Below are positions 1 to 9,582 of a stretch of DNA of 64,000 bases, piece by piece. The stretch's first letter is position 1. Each line of letters begins with the position of its first letter. The notes under the pieces are model-generated. The model had not been told where the DNA came from. It searched no databases and saw only the letters and a list, made by a program, of their open reading frames with translations. Source of the stretch: Bryobacteraceae bacterium (GTDB lineage Bacteria > Acidobacteriota > Terriglobia > Bryobacterales > Bryobacteraceae); NCBI GenBank assembly GCA_965219105.1, contig OZ244728.1, positions 3,834,180-3,898,179 on the forward strand. The letters are read 5' to 3'. Made by a program: the position numbers and the translations under genes.

Positions 1-1
1 T

Positions 2-445
2 TTTCGCTTTGCCATGTTGACGACGGAAGAAGAGGACGGCTCGCTGCACAGCCGCCCGATGGCCACGCAGGAAGTGGAGTTCGACGGCGATCTTTGGTTT
101 TTCACGCGAGCGGATGCGCCGAAGGTGGAAGAAGCGCAACAGCACCGGCAGGTAAACGTGAGCTTTGCCGACCCAACAAAGAACAAGTTTGTTTCCGCAT
201 CCGGAACGGCCGTCATGGTGCGCGACCGTGCCAAGATCGAAGAGCTTTGGAAGTCTTCGTACAAGCTGTTTTTTCCGCAGGGGCTCGAAGATCCCGAGTT
301 GGCGCTGATGAAAGTGTCAGTTGAGAAGGCAGAGTACTGGGATTCTGCTCCGACAGCGGTAGGCCGGGCATTTAACTTTGCCAGAGCGCGTCTGACGAAC
401 GACCCGAGCAAGTTGGGCGACCACGCGAAGGTAAGCGTAAAGTAG
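2..445 (+). CDS. Pyridoxamine 5'-phosphate oxidase-like / general stress protein 26 family protein, 5' end cut by window edge
   Basis: The ORF is open back to base 2. The sequence 'DGSLHSRPM...DLWFFT...AEYWD' matches the pattern I recall for FMN-binding GSP26/Pnp-oxidase-like proteins. 'MLTT' looks internal to that family. Confidence 0.55.
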   Translation, partial: FRFAMLTTEEEDGSLHSRPMATQEVEFDGDLWFFTRADAPKVEEAQQHRQVNVSFADPTKNKFVSASGTAVMVRDRAKIEELWKSSYKLFFPQGLEDPELALMKVSVEKAEYWDSAPTAVGRAFNFARARLTNDPSKLGDHAKVSVK

Positions 446-485
446 CTTCGGCCGAAGAAAAACGGGCGCAGCTTAAGATGCAAGC

Positions 486-1331
486 ATGCGCCTTGTCACT
501 TACGAAGTCAGCGGGCACGCTCATGCGGGACTGCTGGTTGAAGATTCTGTAATCGACCTCGAACCAGCCGGATTTTCTTCGGTGCTGGGAGCTATCGAAA
601 ATCTGGATCTCTGGCAATCTAAGGTAGAGCGGCTCGTCGGCGAGGGAGCCCGGGCGAGCTTAACATCCGTCAAGCTGCTCGCCCCGATCCCGACTCCGCG
701 CAAGTTGATCTGCGTAGGGCTGAATTATCTGGATCATGTGAAAGAGACTGGCGCGGAAGTTCCAAAGGTTCCGGCGATCTTCAGTAAGTTTGCTACTTCG
801 GTAATTGGCCCGGAAGAACCGGTGGTTTTGCCGAAAGTCTCCAAGCAGGTCGACTACGAAGCCGAGTTGGCTTTCGTGATCGGCAAAGGTGGCCGTCACA
901 TCGCGGCTGAAGACTGGGAGCAGCATGTATTCGGGTACACAATCGTCAACGACGTTTCCGCGAGAGACTACCAGCTTGCAACCAGCCAATGGCTGATGGG
1001 GAAGACGTTCGACACGTTCGCTCCGATCGGCCCGGCTATTGTGACTGCCGATGAGGCTCCGGATCCCCACAATCTGAAGATCGGCCTGCGTTTGAATGGC
1101 AAGACGATGCAGGATTCGAATACGAAGGAGCTGATCTTCAAAATCCCGGAGCTCATCGCGTTTCTCTCGAGCGTTTTCACATTAGAGCCAGGAGACATTG
1201 TGTCGACGGGAACGCCCCCTGGCGTGGGATTCAGCCGCAAGCCGCCAGTCTACTTGCAGGACGGTGACGAGATGGTCGTATCGGTCGAGGGCTTGGGCGA
1301 GTTGAAGAACAGCGTCGTTGCGGAGCAGTGA
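486..1331 (+). CDS. Fumarylacetoacetate hydrolase (FAH) family protein
   Basis: 281 aa with 'GLNYLDHVKE', 'DYEAELAFVIG' and 'GDIVSTGTPPGVG', typical of FAH-fold hydratases/isomerases. Confidence 0.8.
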   Translation: MRLVTYEVSGHAHAGLLVEDSVIDLEPAGFSSVLGAIENLDLWQSKVERLVGEGARASLTSVKLLAPIPTPRKLICVGLNYLDHVKETGAEVPKVPAIFSKFATSVIGPEEPVVLPKVSKQVDYEAELAFVIGKGGRHIAAEDWEQHVFGYTIVNDVSARDYQLATSQWLMGKTFDTFAPIGPAIVTADEAPDPHNLKIGLRLNGKTMQDSNTKELIFKIPELIAFLSSVFTLEPGDIVSTGTPPGVGFSRKPPVYLQDGDEMVVSVEGLGELKNSVVAEQ

Positions 1332-1343
1332 GAGGGCTTCTTC

Positions 1344-2378
1344 ATGGCGACGTTTTCGTTGGGTGAGTTGGCCGGGCGCCTGGGTTGCGTGCTGCACGGC
1401 GATCCCGGCGTTGCAGTTAGCGGAGTGTCGACGCTCGACAAAGCCGATTCGCAAGAGATCACGTTTCTTGCGAATGCAAGGTATGCGCCGAAGGCGAAAC
1501 ACACGCGGGCTGCCGCGGTGATTGCGTCGGAGCCTCTCGACGGAGTAAACGCTGCGACATTGGTTTCGTCGAATCCCTACCTGGATTTTGCACGTGCTCT
1601 CGCGCTGTTCTATCAGGCGCCGAAGCAGTCTCCGGGAGTGCATCCGACAGCGATCATTGCACCGGACGCAATCGTCGGCCCGGAAGCATCGGTCGGCGCG
1701 TATGCGGTGGTCGAGAGCGGAACAGTCATCGGAGCTCGCGCCACGCTTTATCCGCACGTAGTCATCTATCAAGGCTGCCGGATTGGCGATGATTTTACGG
1801 CCCATGCGCACGTATCGGTACGTGAGTTTTGCGTGATCGGCAACCGAGTCACGCTGCAGAACGGCGTAACGGTGGGTGGGGACGGCTTTGGATTTGCCAA
1901 GGACAACGAAGGCCGGCAGCAGAAGATCGTGCAGAGCGGCCGGACTGTGATCGAAGATGACGTGGAAGTGCAGACGCTCACGTCGATTGACCGCGCCACG
2001 ATGGGCGAGACACGGATCAAGCGCGGGGCGAAGATCGACAGCCTCTGTCAGATCGGGCATAACTGCACGGTTGGGGAAGACAATATCATCTGCGGCCAGA
2101 CTGGACTTGCGGGCAGCACGACGCTCGAAGAGAACGTGATTATGGCTGGGCAAACCGGCTCGGCGGGTCACATCACGGTGCACAGGAATGCGACCGTGTG
2201 GGCGCAATCGGGGCTCAATCGGGACGTGCCGGAAGGAACAGTTGTCAGCGGGTATCCAGCGTTCGAAGCGAACGATTGGCTGCGTGCGTCGGCGGTGGTT
2301 CCGAAGCTGCCGGAGATGCTGAAAACTTTACGGGCGCTCGAGCGTAGGATCGTACAGCTTGAAAACGAACGGTCGTGA
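1344..2378 (+). CDS. lpxD: UDP-3-O-acylglucosamine N-acyltransferase (LpxD), copy 1
   Basis: 344 aa with an N-terminal uridine-binding-like domain, left-handed beta-helix hexapeptide repeats, 'GGDGFGF' and a C-terminal helix. Confidence 0.85.
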   Translation: MATFSLGELAGRLGCVLHGDPGVAVSGVSTLDKADSQEITFLANARYAPKAKHTRAAAVIASEPLDGVNAATLVSSNPYLDFARALALFYQAPKQSPGVHPTAIIAPDAIVGPEASVGAYAVVESGTVIGARATLYPHVVIYQGCRIGDDFTAHAHVSVREFCVIGNRVTLQNGVTVGGDGFGFAKDNEGRQQKIVQSGRTVIEDDVEVQTLTSIDRATMGETRIKRGAKIDSLCQIGHNCTVGEDNIICGQTGLAGSTTLEENVIMAGQTGSAGHITVHRNATVWAQSGLNRDVPEGTVVSGYPAFEANDWLRASAVVPKLPEMLKTLRALERRIVQLENERS

Positions 2379-2406
2379 CCTGCTCGCGCACGTGTAATCA
2401 TGTTCC

Positions 2407-3786
2407 ATGCGCAAATCTGCCCTGCTGGTGATGCTCGCCCTTCCAGCGTTTGCTACCGATACGATGCCGCCGGCAGCCGACCAACAGCTCGCTCATGATA
2501 TTTACAAGCAAATTGTCGAAATCAAGTCCGGATACACAACCGGCTCGACGACGCCAGTAGCAGAAGCCGTAGCCGCGCGGTTAAAGGCAGCAGGCTTCCC
2601 GGATTCTGACATCTTTGTTGGCGGAGTGATCCCGAACAAGGCCAACATTGTGGTTCGATACCACGGAACCGGCAAACGCAAACCGCTTTTGCTGCTCGCG
2701 CACACGGATGTGGTGGAAGCCAAGCGCGAGGACTGGAGCATGGACCCGTTTGTGCTCGCCGAAAAGGACGGTTACTTCTATGGCCGCGGCACTGCCGACG
2801 ACAAGGCGCAGGCGGCCATTTGGATAGCCAACCTGATCCGTTTCAAGCGCGAGGGGTTCACGCCGAACCGTGACATTATCGTGGCTCTGACGGCAGACGA
2901 AGAAGGCGGCGGTCCGTACAACGGGGCTCAGTGGCTCTCAGAGAAGCATCGCGATCTGATCGACGCCGAGTATGCGCTCAACGAGGGCGGATTCGCGGAA
3001 GAGGCAAATGGAAAGCGCATTTCGAACGATGTCGAGATTAGCGAAAAGTACGTCATCAACTACCGTTTGGAAGTTCACAACAAGGGTGGCCATAGTTCGG
3101 TACCGGTGGCGGATAATGCGATTTATCACTTGGCCGGGGCGCTGGAGCGGCTCTCGCGATTCGGGTTTCCTTTGAAGCCCAACGATGTTACTCGCGCTTA
3201 TTTCAGTCAAATGGCCAAGCTGCAACCGCAGCCGATTGCGGGCGATCTGGCTCAGGTGTCGAGCGGCTCTGAACCGGCTATGAAGAAAGTGGCAGCTGCT
3301 TCGCCCGCATGGAACTCTATGCTTCGCACGACTTGCGTTGCAACACAACTGGAAGGTGGGCATGCCAAGAATGCCTTGCCCCAACTCGCCGCAGCTAATG
3401 TAAATTGCCGCGTTCTGCCGGAGGATTCGGTCGAGTACGTCACAGACACTTTGAAGAAGGTCTTCGCCGATGACCAGGTGAGCGTAAAGATTGTGGGCGA
3501 CGTGGAACGCGGGCCGGCGTCGCCCTTGAACCCAGCGCTAATGAAAACGATTGCGCAGGTGACCGACACGCTTTGGCCCGGTGTCCCGATTTTGCCGGAG
3601 ATGCTGATGGCTGCGACAGATGGACTTTACTTGCGCAAGGCCGGCATTCCCTGCTACGGAGTGCAAGGGTTGTTTATGGACCGCAACGATCTCCGGATAC
3701 ACGGCCGTGATGAGCGAATGAGCGTGAAAAGCTTCTATGAAGGGCAGACGTTTCTCTACCGGTTGGTGAAGGCGCTTTCGTCGTAG
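2407..3786 (+). CDS. Secreted M20-family metallopeptidase
   Basis: Signal peptide 'MRKSALLVMLALPAFA'. 'LLLLAHTDVV' and 'TADEEGGG' are metal-ligand motifs of M20 peptidases. Confidence 0.75.
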   Translation: MRKSALLVMLALPAFATDTMPPAADQQLAHDIYKQIVEIKSGYTTGSTTPVAEAVAARLKAAGFPDSDIFVGGVIPNKANIVVRYHGTGKRKPLLLLAHTDVVEAKREDWSMDPFVLAEKDGYFYGRGTADDKAQAAIWIANLIRFKREGFTPNRDIIVALTADEEGGGPYNGAQWLSEKHRDLIDAEYALNEGGFAEEANGKRISNDVEISEKYVINYRLEVHNKGGHSSVPVADNAIYHLAGALERLSRFGFPLKPNDVTRAYFSQMAKLQPQPIAGDLAQVSSGSEPAMKKVAAASPAWNSMLRTTCVATQLEGGHAKNALPQLAAANVNCRVLPEDSVEYVTDTLKKVFADDQVSVKIVGDVERGPASPLNPALMKTIAQVTDTLWPGVPILPEMLMAATDGLYLRKAGIPCYGVQGLFMDRNDLRIHGRDERMSVKSFYEGQTFLYRLVKALSS

Positions 3787-3806
3787 AGCCGATACTGATA
3801 GGAGCG

Positions 3807-5342
3807 ATGTGGCACATTCTGCTTACGCTCTTACTCTTGGTGGGCGGAGCTGGTCAGCAAAACAAGCAGGCAAGTAAGCCTGCAGATTCGGCTGTGAAAG
3901 CGGGGGCGTCGAAAAGCGCTGCTCCGCAAGCGGACGCTGGTCCGGCACAGCCGAAAAGTAACGCCGCAGTGCCCGGCGGCGAGGTCTTGCCACCGCCGGC
4001 GATTCCGCTCGATCCGGAATTTTATCAGGCAAAGCCCGTGCCGCTGCCGATCTTGATCGCTCCGCCGCCTCCACCGCCCAAACCGGTTGAGCGACAACCT
4101 CCAGCGTTGCAATCGGCCTCGGAGGTGATCAAAGTCGTTCTCGGCCTTGTGTTCTTATTTGCGCTGGCTTATCTCGCGGGAACGGCGCAGGTGCAGGCCC
4201 TGGAGAAGAAGCTGCAGGTCACAAGCGTGGTGACAGCAGGGCTGCCGTTTGTGTTTCTCGGTGTCATCGCACACACGCGAGGGGTCGGGATTCTATCGGA
4301 GTCGGTGCTGTGGGAGCTTCGGCCTTTGTTGGCGCTCGGTTTGGGATGGATTGGTTTCACGACAGGGTTCCGGTTCGATTCAAAGCTGGGAGAGTCGCTG
4401 CTGCCGGGCACGAGCTCGGTGAGCCTCTTAACCGCTTCGGTTCCGTTCGCAACTGTGGTCGGGGCGTGTGCGCTTTTACTCAGGTATGTGGAGCACTCGC
4501 CGGCAAATGCCATCTTCTTGCGCGATGCATTGGTGCTCGGCACGGCGGGAGCAATGACCGCCTATAGCGCTCCGAAATTGATACGCGCGGGGGGCATGGC
4601 TGGCCGGTATAACGACCGGGTGGCGTCGGTTGTAACGCTCGAGCAGCTTGCCGGGTTTATCGGACTGCTAGTGGTCGCGGCTTATTTTCGGCCTCAGGAT
4701 AACTCTGTGACTTGGCGTCTGCCGGGAACAGCCTGGCTGTTCATCACGATCGGCATGGGCACGATGGTCGGAGGCGTGATCTGGGGCATGCTGGCCAAGA
4801 TTAAAGCTGGGCCGGAGTTCACGGTCTTGATTCTTGGCTCGGTTTGTTTTACGGCCGGAATGGCGAGTTTCCTGCGAATCTCTCCGCTTGTGGTGTGCTT
4901 TATTGTCGGTCTGATTCTGGTGAACTTGCCGGGAACGTCAAAGGATCAGATTCGCCAGACTCTGGAGCATATGGAGCGCCCGGTTTATTTGCTGTTTCTG
5001 CTGGTCGCGGGTTCGCTTTGGGACGTGACAAACTGGCAGGGTTGGGCGCTTATGATGCTCTTTGTGCCGGCCCGGCTTTTCGGTAAGTGGTTAGCGTTGC
5101 GGGCATGCCGGCAGGAGGTTCCCAGCGGATTATCGAACGAGGAGCAGCGCAGTCTTATCTTTGCTCCGATGGGAGCGCTGTCGATTGCGATTGTGGTGAA
5201 TGCGCAAGATCTGTATGTCGGGCCGGTGATCTCCTGGATGGTAACGGCGGTGATTGGAGGCGCGATCGTGACCGAGATTATTGTGCAGGTTGCTTCGCGC
5301 CGGGGCCGTCCGGAAGAGCAAGCGCTCGAATTTGCGTCGTAA
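3807..5342 (+). CDS. Cation/proton antiporter-like membrane protein with Pro-rich N-terminal extension
   Basis: 511 aa. Signal-like N-terminus, about 100 aa of low-complexity P/A-rich sequence ('APPPPPPKP'), then about 11 hydrophobic segments resembling the Na+/H+ exchanger fold. Confidence 0.55.
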   Translation: MWHILLTLLLLVGGAGQQNKQASKPADSAVKAGASKSAAPQADAGPAQPKSNAAVPGGEVLPPPAIPLDPEFYQAKPVPLPILIAPPPPPPKPVERQPPALQSASEVIKVVLGLVFLFALAYLAGTAQVQALEKKLQVTSVVTAGLPFVFLGVIAHTRGVGILSESVLWELRPLLALGLGWIGFTTGFRFDSKLGESLLPGTSSVSLLTASVPFATVVGACALLLRYVEHSPANAIFLRDALVLGTAGAMTAYSAPKLIRAGGMAGRYNDRVASVVTLEQLAGFIGLLVVAAYFRPQDNSVTWRLPGTAWLFITIGMGTMVGGVIWGMLAKIKAGPEFTVLILGSVCFTAGMASFLRISPLVVCFIVGLILVNLPGTSKDQIRQTLEHMERPVYLLFLLVAGSLWDVTNWQGWALMMLFVPARLFGKWLALRACRQEVPSGLSNEEQRSLIFAPMGALSIAIVVNAQDLYVGPVISWMVTAVIGGAIVTEIIVQVASRRGRPEEQALEFAS

Positions 5343-5347
5343 GCGGC

Positions 5348-6682
5348 ATGCGACTCGTTTACGTGCTGGTACTGGCCGGTTTGATGCACGCAGCGCGTTC
5401 GTTTTCGCCTGACGTAACCATCGGAGGCGGCGCGGCAGGCACGGCGCTCGCTTGCGGTTACCTGCTGCTTTCGGCGTTCCTGATGGGCAGTATATTCAAG
5501 TCTCTCCGGCTTCCGCGTTTGACCGGCTATCTGGCAACAGGCATTGTGGTCGGGCCGCAGGTGTTGAACCTTGTAAGCGGCCCCATGGTTTTAAACCTGC
5601 AGATCTTCAACGGAGTGGCGACGGCGCTGATTGCGCTCACAGCGGGTGTCGAACTTGATTTAGGCGCGATGCGGCCGCTGTTGCGAAGCATTTCCTGGCT
5701 CACTTCGCTCGCGGTTGGGGGAACGATCGTGATGATCAGCGCTGCCGTGTTTCTGCTGCGAGACCGGCTGCCGTTTTTGCAGCATCTGTCGGCCGTGCAG
5801 ATTGCCGCGGTTTCGCTGGTTCTGGGAGTGACGATGGCGGCGCAATCGCCCGCCGTGATAGTGGCGCTGCAGTCCGAGATGGCTGCCGATGGGCCGTTGA
5901 CGCGCACAGTGCTTGGAGTGGTGGTGCTCTCCGATCTCGTCGTAATTATTTTGTTCGGGATAGTGTCATCGCTGGCAAAGACTCTGCTTGGCTCGCGTAC
6001 GGATGCGCTGCATACGGCTGGCGCACTCGCATGGGAAGTGTTCGGTTCCGCCGCGATCGGCGTCTGCGTAGGCCTGATTATCGCGACTTACTTGCGATTC
6101 GTAAACGGACGGTCGTCGCTATTTACTTTGGCGGCGGCCTTTCTGGTAGCTGAGGTTGGACAACGGATCGATTTAGACCCGCTCCTGTTGGCTCTTGCGG
6201 CCGGCGTATTCATTCGAAACTTGACCGTTCAGGGCGCTCGTCTTCAGGAAGAGATCGAAACCTCCTCGCTGCCGGTGTACGTGGTCTTCTTTGCCGTAAC
6301 AGGAGCAAACGTTCACATCCGTGAGTTGATGGTGGTCGGCGTTCCTGCATTGATTCTGATTGCGACGCGGGCAGCGGGATTCGTCGGTCTCGGCAGGTTG
6401 GCGACGAACCTGGCGGACGCGCCTGCGGTAGTAAAGAAGTACATCGGCCTGGGACTGATGCCGCAAGCGGGGTTGGCACTCGCCTTAGCGATCCTGTTCG
6501 TGAAGACATTTCCCAAGATCGGCGGACAAGCGTCGGCGCTCGTGTTTGGCAGCGTAGCCATTAATGAGATGATTGCTCCGGTGCTGTACCGGTTTGCGCT
6601 CGTGGCGACTGGCGAAGCTGGACAGGCGGGGCAAAAGGCAAAGTTGGAGCCCCCCGTCGCCGTCCCAACCACAAGCATCTAG
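5348..6682 (+). CDS. Cation/proton antiporter (Na+/H+ exchanger family) membrane protein
   Basis: The ATG at 5348 ('MRLVYVLVLAGL') lies 6 nt after the upstream stop. The rest of the 5087 ORF is an out-of-context extension. Polytopic, with 'LTGYLATGIVVGPQVLNL' typical of CPA-type exchangers. Confidence 0.7.
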   Translation: MRLVYVLVLAGLMHAARSFSPDVTIGGGAAGTALACGYLLLSAFLMGSIFKSLRLPRLTGYLATGIVVGPQVLNLVSGPMVLNLQIFNGVATALIALTAGVELDLGAMRPLLRSISWLTSLAVGGTIVMISAAVFLLRDRLPFLQHLSAVQIAAVSLVLGVTMAAQSPAVIVALQSEMAADGPLTRTVLGVVVLSDLVVIILFGIVSSLAKTLLGSRTDALHTAGALAWEVFGSAAIGVCVGLIIATYLRFVNGRSSLFTLAAAFLVAEVGQRIDLDPLLLALAAGVFIRNLTVQGARLQEEIETSSLPVYVVFFAVTGANVHIRELMVVGVPALILIATRAAGFVGLGRLATNLADAPAVVKKYIGLGLMPQAGLALALAILFVKTFPKIGGQASALVFGSVAINEMIAPVLYRFALVATGEAGQAGQKAKLEPPVAVPTTSI

Positions 6683-6712
6683 CGGCGCTGGAATATTCTC
6701 GATAGAGCGGAT

Positions 6713-7861
6713 ATGCGCACGATTGGAATCTTGATGAATGGCGTCACAGGGCGGATGGGAACGAATCAGCACTTGAAGCGTTCGATCGCGGCTCTGCGGT
6801 ATGAAGGTGGACTCGCGCTGCGTGACGGTACGAGGGTGCTGCCCGACCCCGTCCTGATTGGCCGAAGCGAAGAAAAGCTGCGCGCGCTGGCGAACGAGTG
6901 CGGAATCGAGCGCTGGTCGACCGATCTGAACCGTTCGCTCCAAAACCCCGGTGACGTGATTTACTTCGATGCGCAGACCACATCCCGGCGGGCTGCGGAC
7001 GTGATGCGGGCGCTGAACGCAGGTAAGCACGTGTACTGCGAGAAGCCGCTCGCATCCTCGTTGGACGAGAGCCTGGCGCTGGCGCAGCTGGCCAAGAGCA
7101 AGGGCCTGAAGAACGGAATCGTGCAGGACAAACTGTTCCTTCCGGGATTGCTGAAGCTAAAGCGTTTGATCGACAGCAAATTTTTCGGACGCATATTGGC
7201 GGCGCGCGGCGAGTTCGGTTACTGGGTTTTTGAAGGCGAAGACCGGCCATCGCAGCGGCCGTCCTGGAACTACCGGAAGGAGGATGGCGGCGGTATTACG
7301 CTCGATATGTTCGGCCATTGGCAATACGTGCTGAGCGGTTTATTCGGGCCAATCGCTTCGGTATCCGCTCAGTGCGCGACGCATATCCCGACTCGTATCG
7401 ACGAGATGGGTCATCCGTACCAGGCAACGGCTGACGACGCAGTGTATGCGCTGTTTACCATGCAGAGTGGCATGGTGGTGCAGATGAACTCGTCCTGGGC
7501 AACGCGAGTGTATCGTGATGATCTGTTCACTCTGCAGGTGGACGGCACCGAAGGCAGCGCGATCGCCGGATTGCGCGAGTGTAAGATTCAGCCGCGTACC
7601 GCGACCCCGCGTGCTGTGTGGAATCCGGATTTGCCGGTGGGGCACGATTACTTTTCGAGCTGGCGGAAAGTGGAGGACGGACAAGTGTACGGGAACGCAT
7701 TTCGTGCCCAATGGGAGCTGTTTCTGCGGCACGTGCTCGAGGATGGTCCCTTCCCCTATGATTTTCTGGCAGGAGCGCGGGGCGTGCAATTGGCCGAACT
7801 CGGCGAAGCGTCTTCGGTTGCACGATGCACGCTCGCCATTCCGGAGCTAGAAGTTGAGTGA
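6713..7861 (+). CDS. Gfo/Idh/MocA family oxidoreductase
   Basis: N-terminal Rossmann 'IGILMNGVTGRMG' and a 'VYCEKPLA' motif. Confidence 0.8.
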   Translation: MRTIGILMNGVTGRMGTNQHLKRSIAALRYEGGLALRDGTRVLPDPVLIGRSEEKLRALANECGIERWSTDLNRSLQNPGDVIYFDAQTTSRRAADVMRALNAGKHVYCEKPLASSLDESLALAQLAKSKGLKNGIVQDKLFLPGLLKLKRLIDSKFFGRILAARGEFGYWVFEGEDRPSQRPSWNYRKEDGGGITLDMFGHWQYVLSGLFGPIASVSAQCATHIPTRIDEMGHPYQATADDAVYALFTMQSGMVVQMNSSWATRVYRDDLFTLQVDGTEGSAIAGLRECKIQPRTATPRAVWNPDLPVGHDYFSSWRKVEDGQVYGNAFRAQWELFLRHVLEDGPFPYDFLAGARGVQLAELGEASSVARCTLAIPELEVE

Positions 7862-9032
7862 AGCGGGAGGGCGGCTTCGTTTGCGATTGCCAGGGGCTGG
7901 AGGTGCGCTCGAAGAATACTGTGCCTCGACAGAAGAGCCGCTGAAAATACAAACGGGAGTGCGCTTCCAGTGCAGGGTCGCGTATGCGGCTGCTCATGTG
8001 GTCGCGGACCCGCTAGCGACGGTTGACCCGATTGCGCAGACAGCTATCGATTGGAAGGGAACGCTCGCTTTCCGCCGGCAGCTTTGGGCGCAAGGGTTTG
8101 GAGTCGCAGAGGCGATGGACACGGCGCAGCGAGGGATGGGACTCGATTGGGCCGGCGCAAGGGAGTTGATTCGGCACTCGTGCGGGGAGGCCCGGGCTGA
8201 GGGTGGCGCGATCGCCTGCGGAGCCAATACGGATCAACTGGACACACACACGCCGCCGACGCTTGAGAGGGTTACCGCTGCATATGAGGAGCAGTGCAGC
8301 TACATCGAGCGCTGCGGGGGCCGCATTATCCTGATGGCCAGCCGAGCACTTGCTCGATGTGCGCACTCGCCCGATGATTACCGGCGAGTCTACGGCGCGA
8401 TTCTTTCGCAGGTCGAGCAGCCGGTAATCTTGCACTGGTTAGGCGAGGCTTTCGATCCGCAACTGCGAGGCTATTGGGGAGCTGGTGAGGCGCGCGATGC
8501 AATGGAAGTATGCCTTTCGATCATCGGAGAGCACCGCGAGAAGATCGACGGCATAAAGATTTCCCTGCTCGACAGCCAACGGGAGATCGAAATGCGGCGT
8601 CTACTTCCGTCGGGCGTGCGCATGTACACGGGCGATGACTTCGACTATCCGAGACTCATTGCCGGTGACCAACTCGGGTTTAGCGACGCATTGCTCGGGA
8701 TTTTCGATGGGATTGCGCCTGCAGCAGCCGCTGCGCTTCAAGCTTTAGACGCTGGCGATATCGCGCAATACGAGCAGCTGCTGCACCCAACGGTGGCTCT
8801 GTCGCGGCATATTTTTCAACAGCCCACGTTTTACTACAAGACCGGGCTGGTCTTTCTCAGCTACCTCAACGGATACCAGGATCACTTTCACATGCTGGGC
8901 GGGCAGCAGAGCGCTCGCTCCATCACGCATCTGGCATTCTTGTTCCGGTATGCAGATGGAGCCCGCCTGCTACTCGACCGGGAGCTTGCTTTCGACCGCA
9001 TGCGAAGGGTTCTAAGTTTGGGCGGCGTTTAG
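7854..9032 (+). CDS. DUF993-family (TIM-barrel, DapA-like) protein
   Basis: 392 aa, overlaps the upstream oxidoreductase stop by 8 nt (TTG start). I recall DUF993 proteins being paired with Gfo/Idh/MocA genes. The family call is from memory only. Confidence 0.45.
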   Translation: MSEAGGRLRLRLPGAGGALEEYCASTEEPLKIQTGVRFQCRVAYAAAHVVADPLATVDPIAQTAIDWKGTLAFRRQLWAQGFGVAEAMDTAQRGMGLDWAGARELIRHSCGEARAEGGAIACGANTDQLDTHTPPTLERVTAAYEEQCSYIERCGGRIILMASRALARCAHSPDDYRRVYGAILSQVEQPVILHWLGEAFDPQLRGYWGAGEARDAMEVCLSIIGEHREKIDGIKISLLDSQREIEMRRLLPSGVRMYTGDDFDYPRLIAGDQLGFSDALLGIFDGIAPAAAAALQALDAGDIAQYEQLLHPTVALSRHIFQQPTFYYKTGLVFLSYLNGYQDHFHMLGGQQSARSITHLAFLFRYADGARLLLDRELAFDRMRRVLSLGGV

Positions 9033-9478
9033 CGGGGATCTGTAGCAGTATGTTGCGGGGCAGCGCCAGCAGGCAGCGCGGGAACGTCGATCCCTGCTTT
9101 GGGAAGAGTGCCCGCCAGCTCCTGACGCCAATGCGCCACGTCGCCCGCGGGTCCATAGCAGTACAGCATGCGGCATACAGCGTCACCCAGGTTGGTGAGC
9201 TGGTGAAACTCTTGCGGAGGGATGTAAACGGCCTGCCCAGCACGGAGAGTAAGCCTTTCCCCGCCGAGACACATTTCGGCCTCGCCTTCGAGGAGAAAGT
9301 AAATCTCTTCCTGCTCCTGGTTGTGCCAGGGCACTTGCCCGCCGTGTGGCTCGAGTGTGACGTGGCCCATGGAAAACTGCGAAGCCTGGATCGGGCTCGC
9401 GCCGCCTACTAAGTTCTGTGTCTTGCGCCGGGCTGGATACTCGCGGCCCGCAATTTCAGATAGGTCAGCAACGATCAT
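9029..9478 (-). CDS. Cupin domain protein
   Basis: 'PWHNQEQEEIYFLLEGE...YIPPQEFHQLTN' is a two-motif cupin signature. Confidence 0.75.
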   Translation of the reverse strand: MIVADLSEIAGREYPARRKTQNLVGGASPIQASQFSMGHVTLEPHGGQVPWHNQEQEEIYFLLEGEAEMCLGGERLTLRAGQAVYIPPQEFHQLTNLGDAVCRMLYCYGPAGDVAHWRQELAGTLPKAGIDVPALPAGAAPQHTATDPR

Positions 9479-9582
9479 CTAAAGACACCTGCCTTATTCT
9501 CGTTCTTGATGCGCTTCCTATGCTCTTCGCTTCAACAGAGCGCGGCTGCGGCTGTTTGTTGCAGTCGTACAATACGAGCTTG

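Noticed and set aside
1182-2207. 341-aa ORF on the minus strand, antisense to lpxD copy 1.
   Set aside because: It is Arg/His/Ala-rich, with the low-information composition typical of antisense frames in GC-rich DNA. It fully overlaps a gene with strong LpxD motifs. The same reasoning applies to 30959-32023 (-), 32422-33363 (-), 6485-7030 (-), 38167-38748 (+), 60773-61039 (-) and most other short overlapping ORFs in the track.
5087-5347. 5' extension of the second antiporter ORF (the 531-aa version starting at 5087).
   Set aside because: The extension overlaps the 3' end of the upstream gene in another frame and is Arg/Cys/Gly-rich. A good ATG at 5348 gives a hydrophobic N-terminus 6 nt after the upstream stop.
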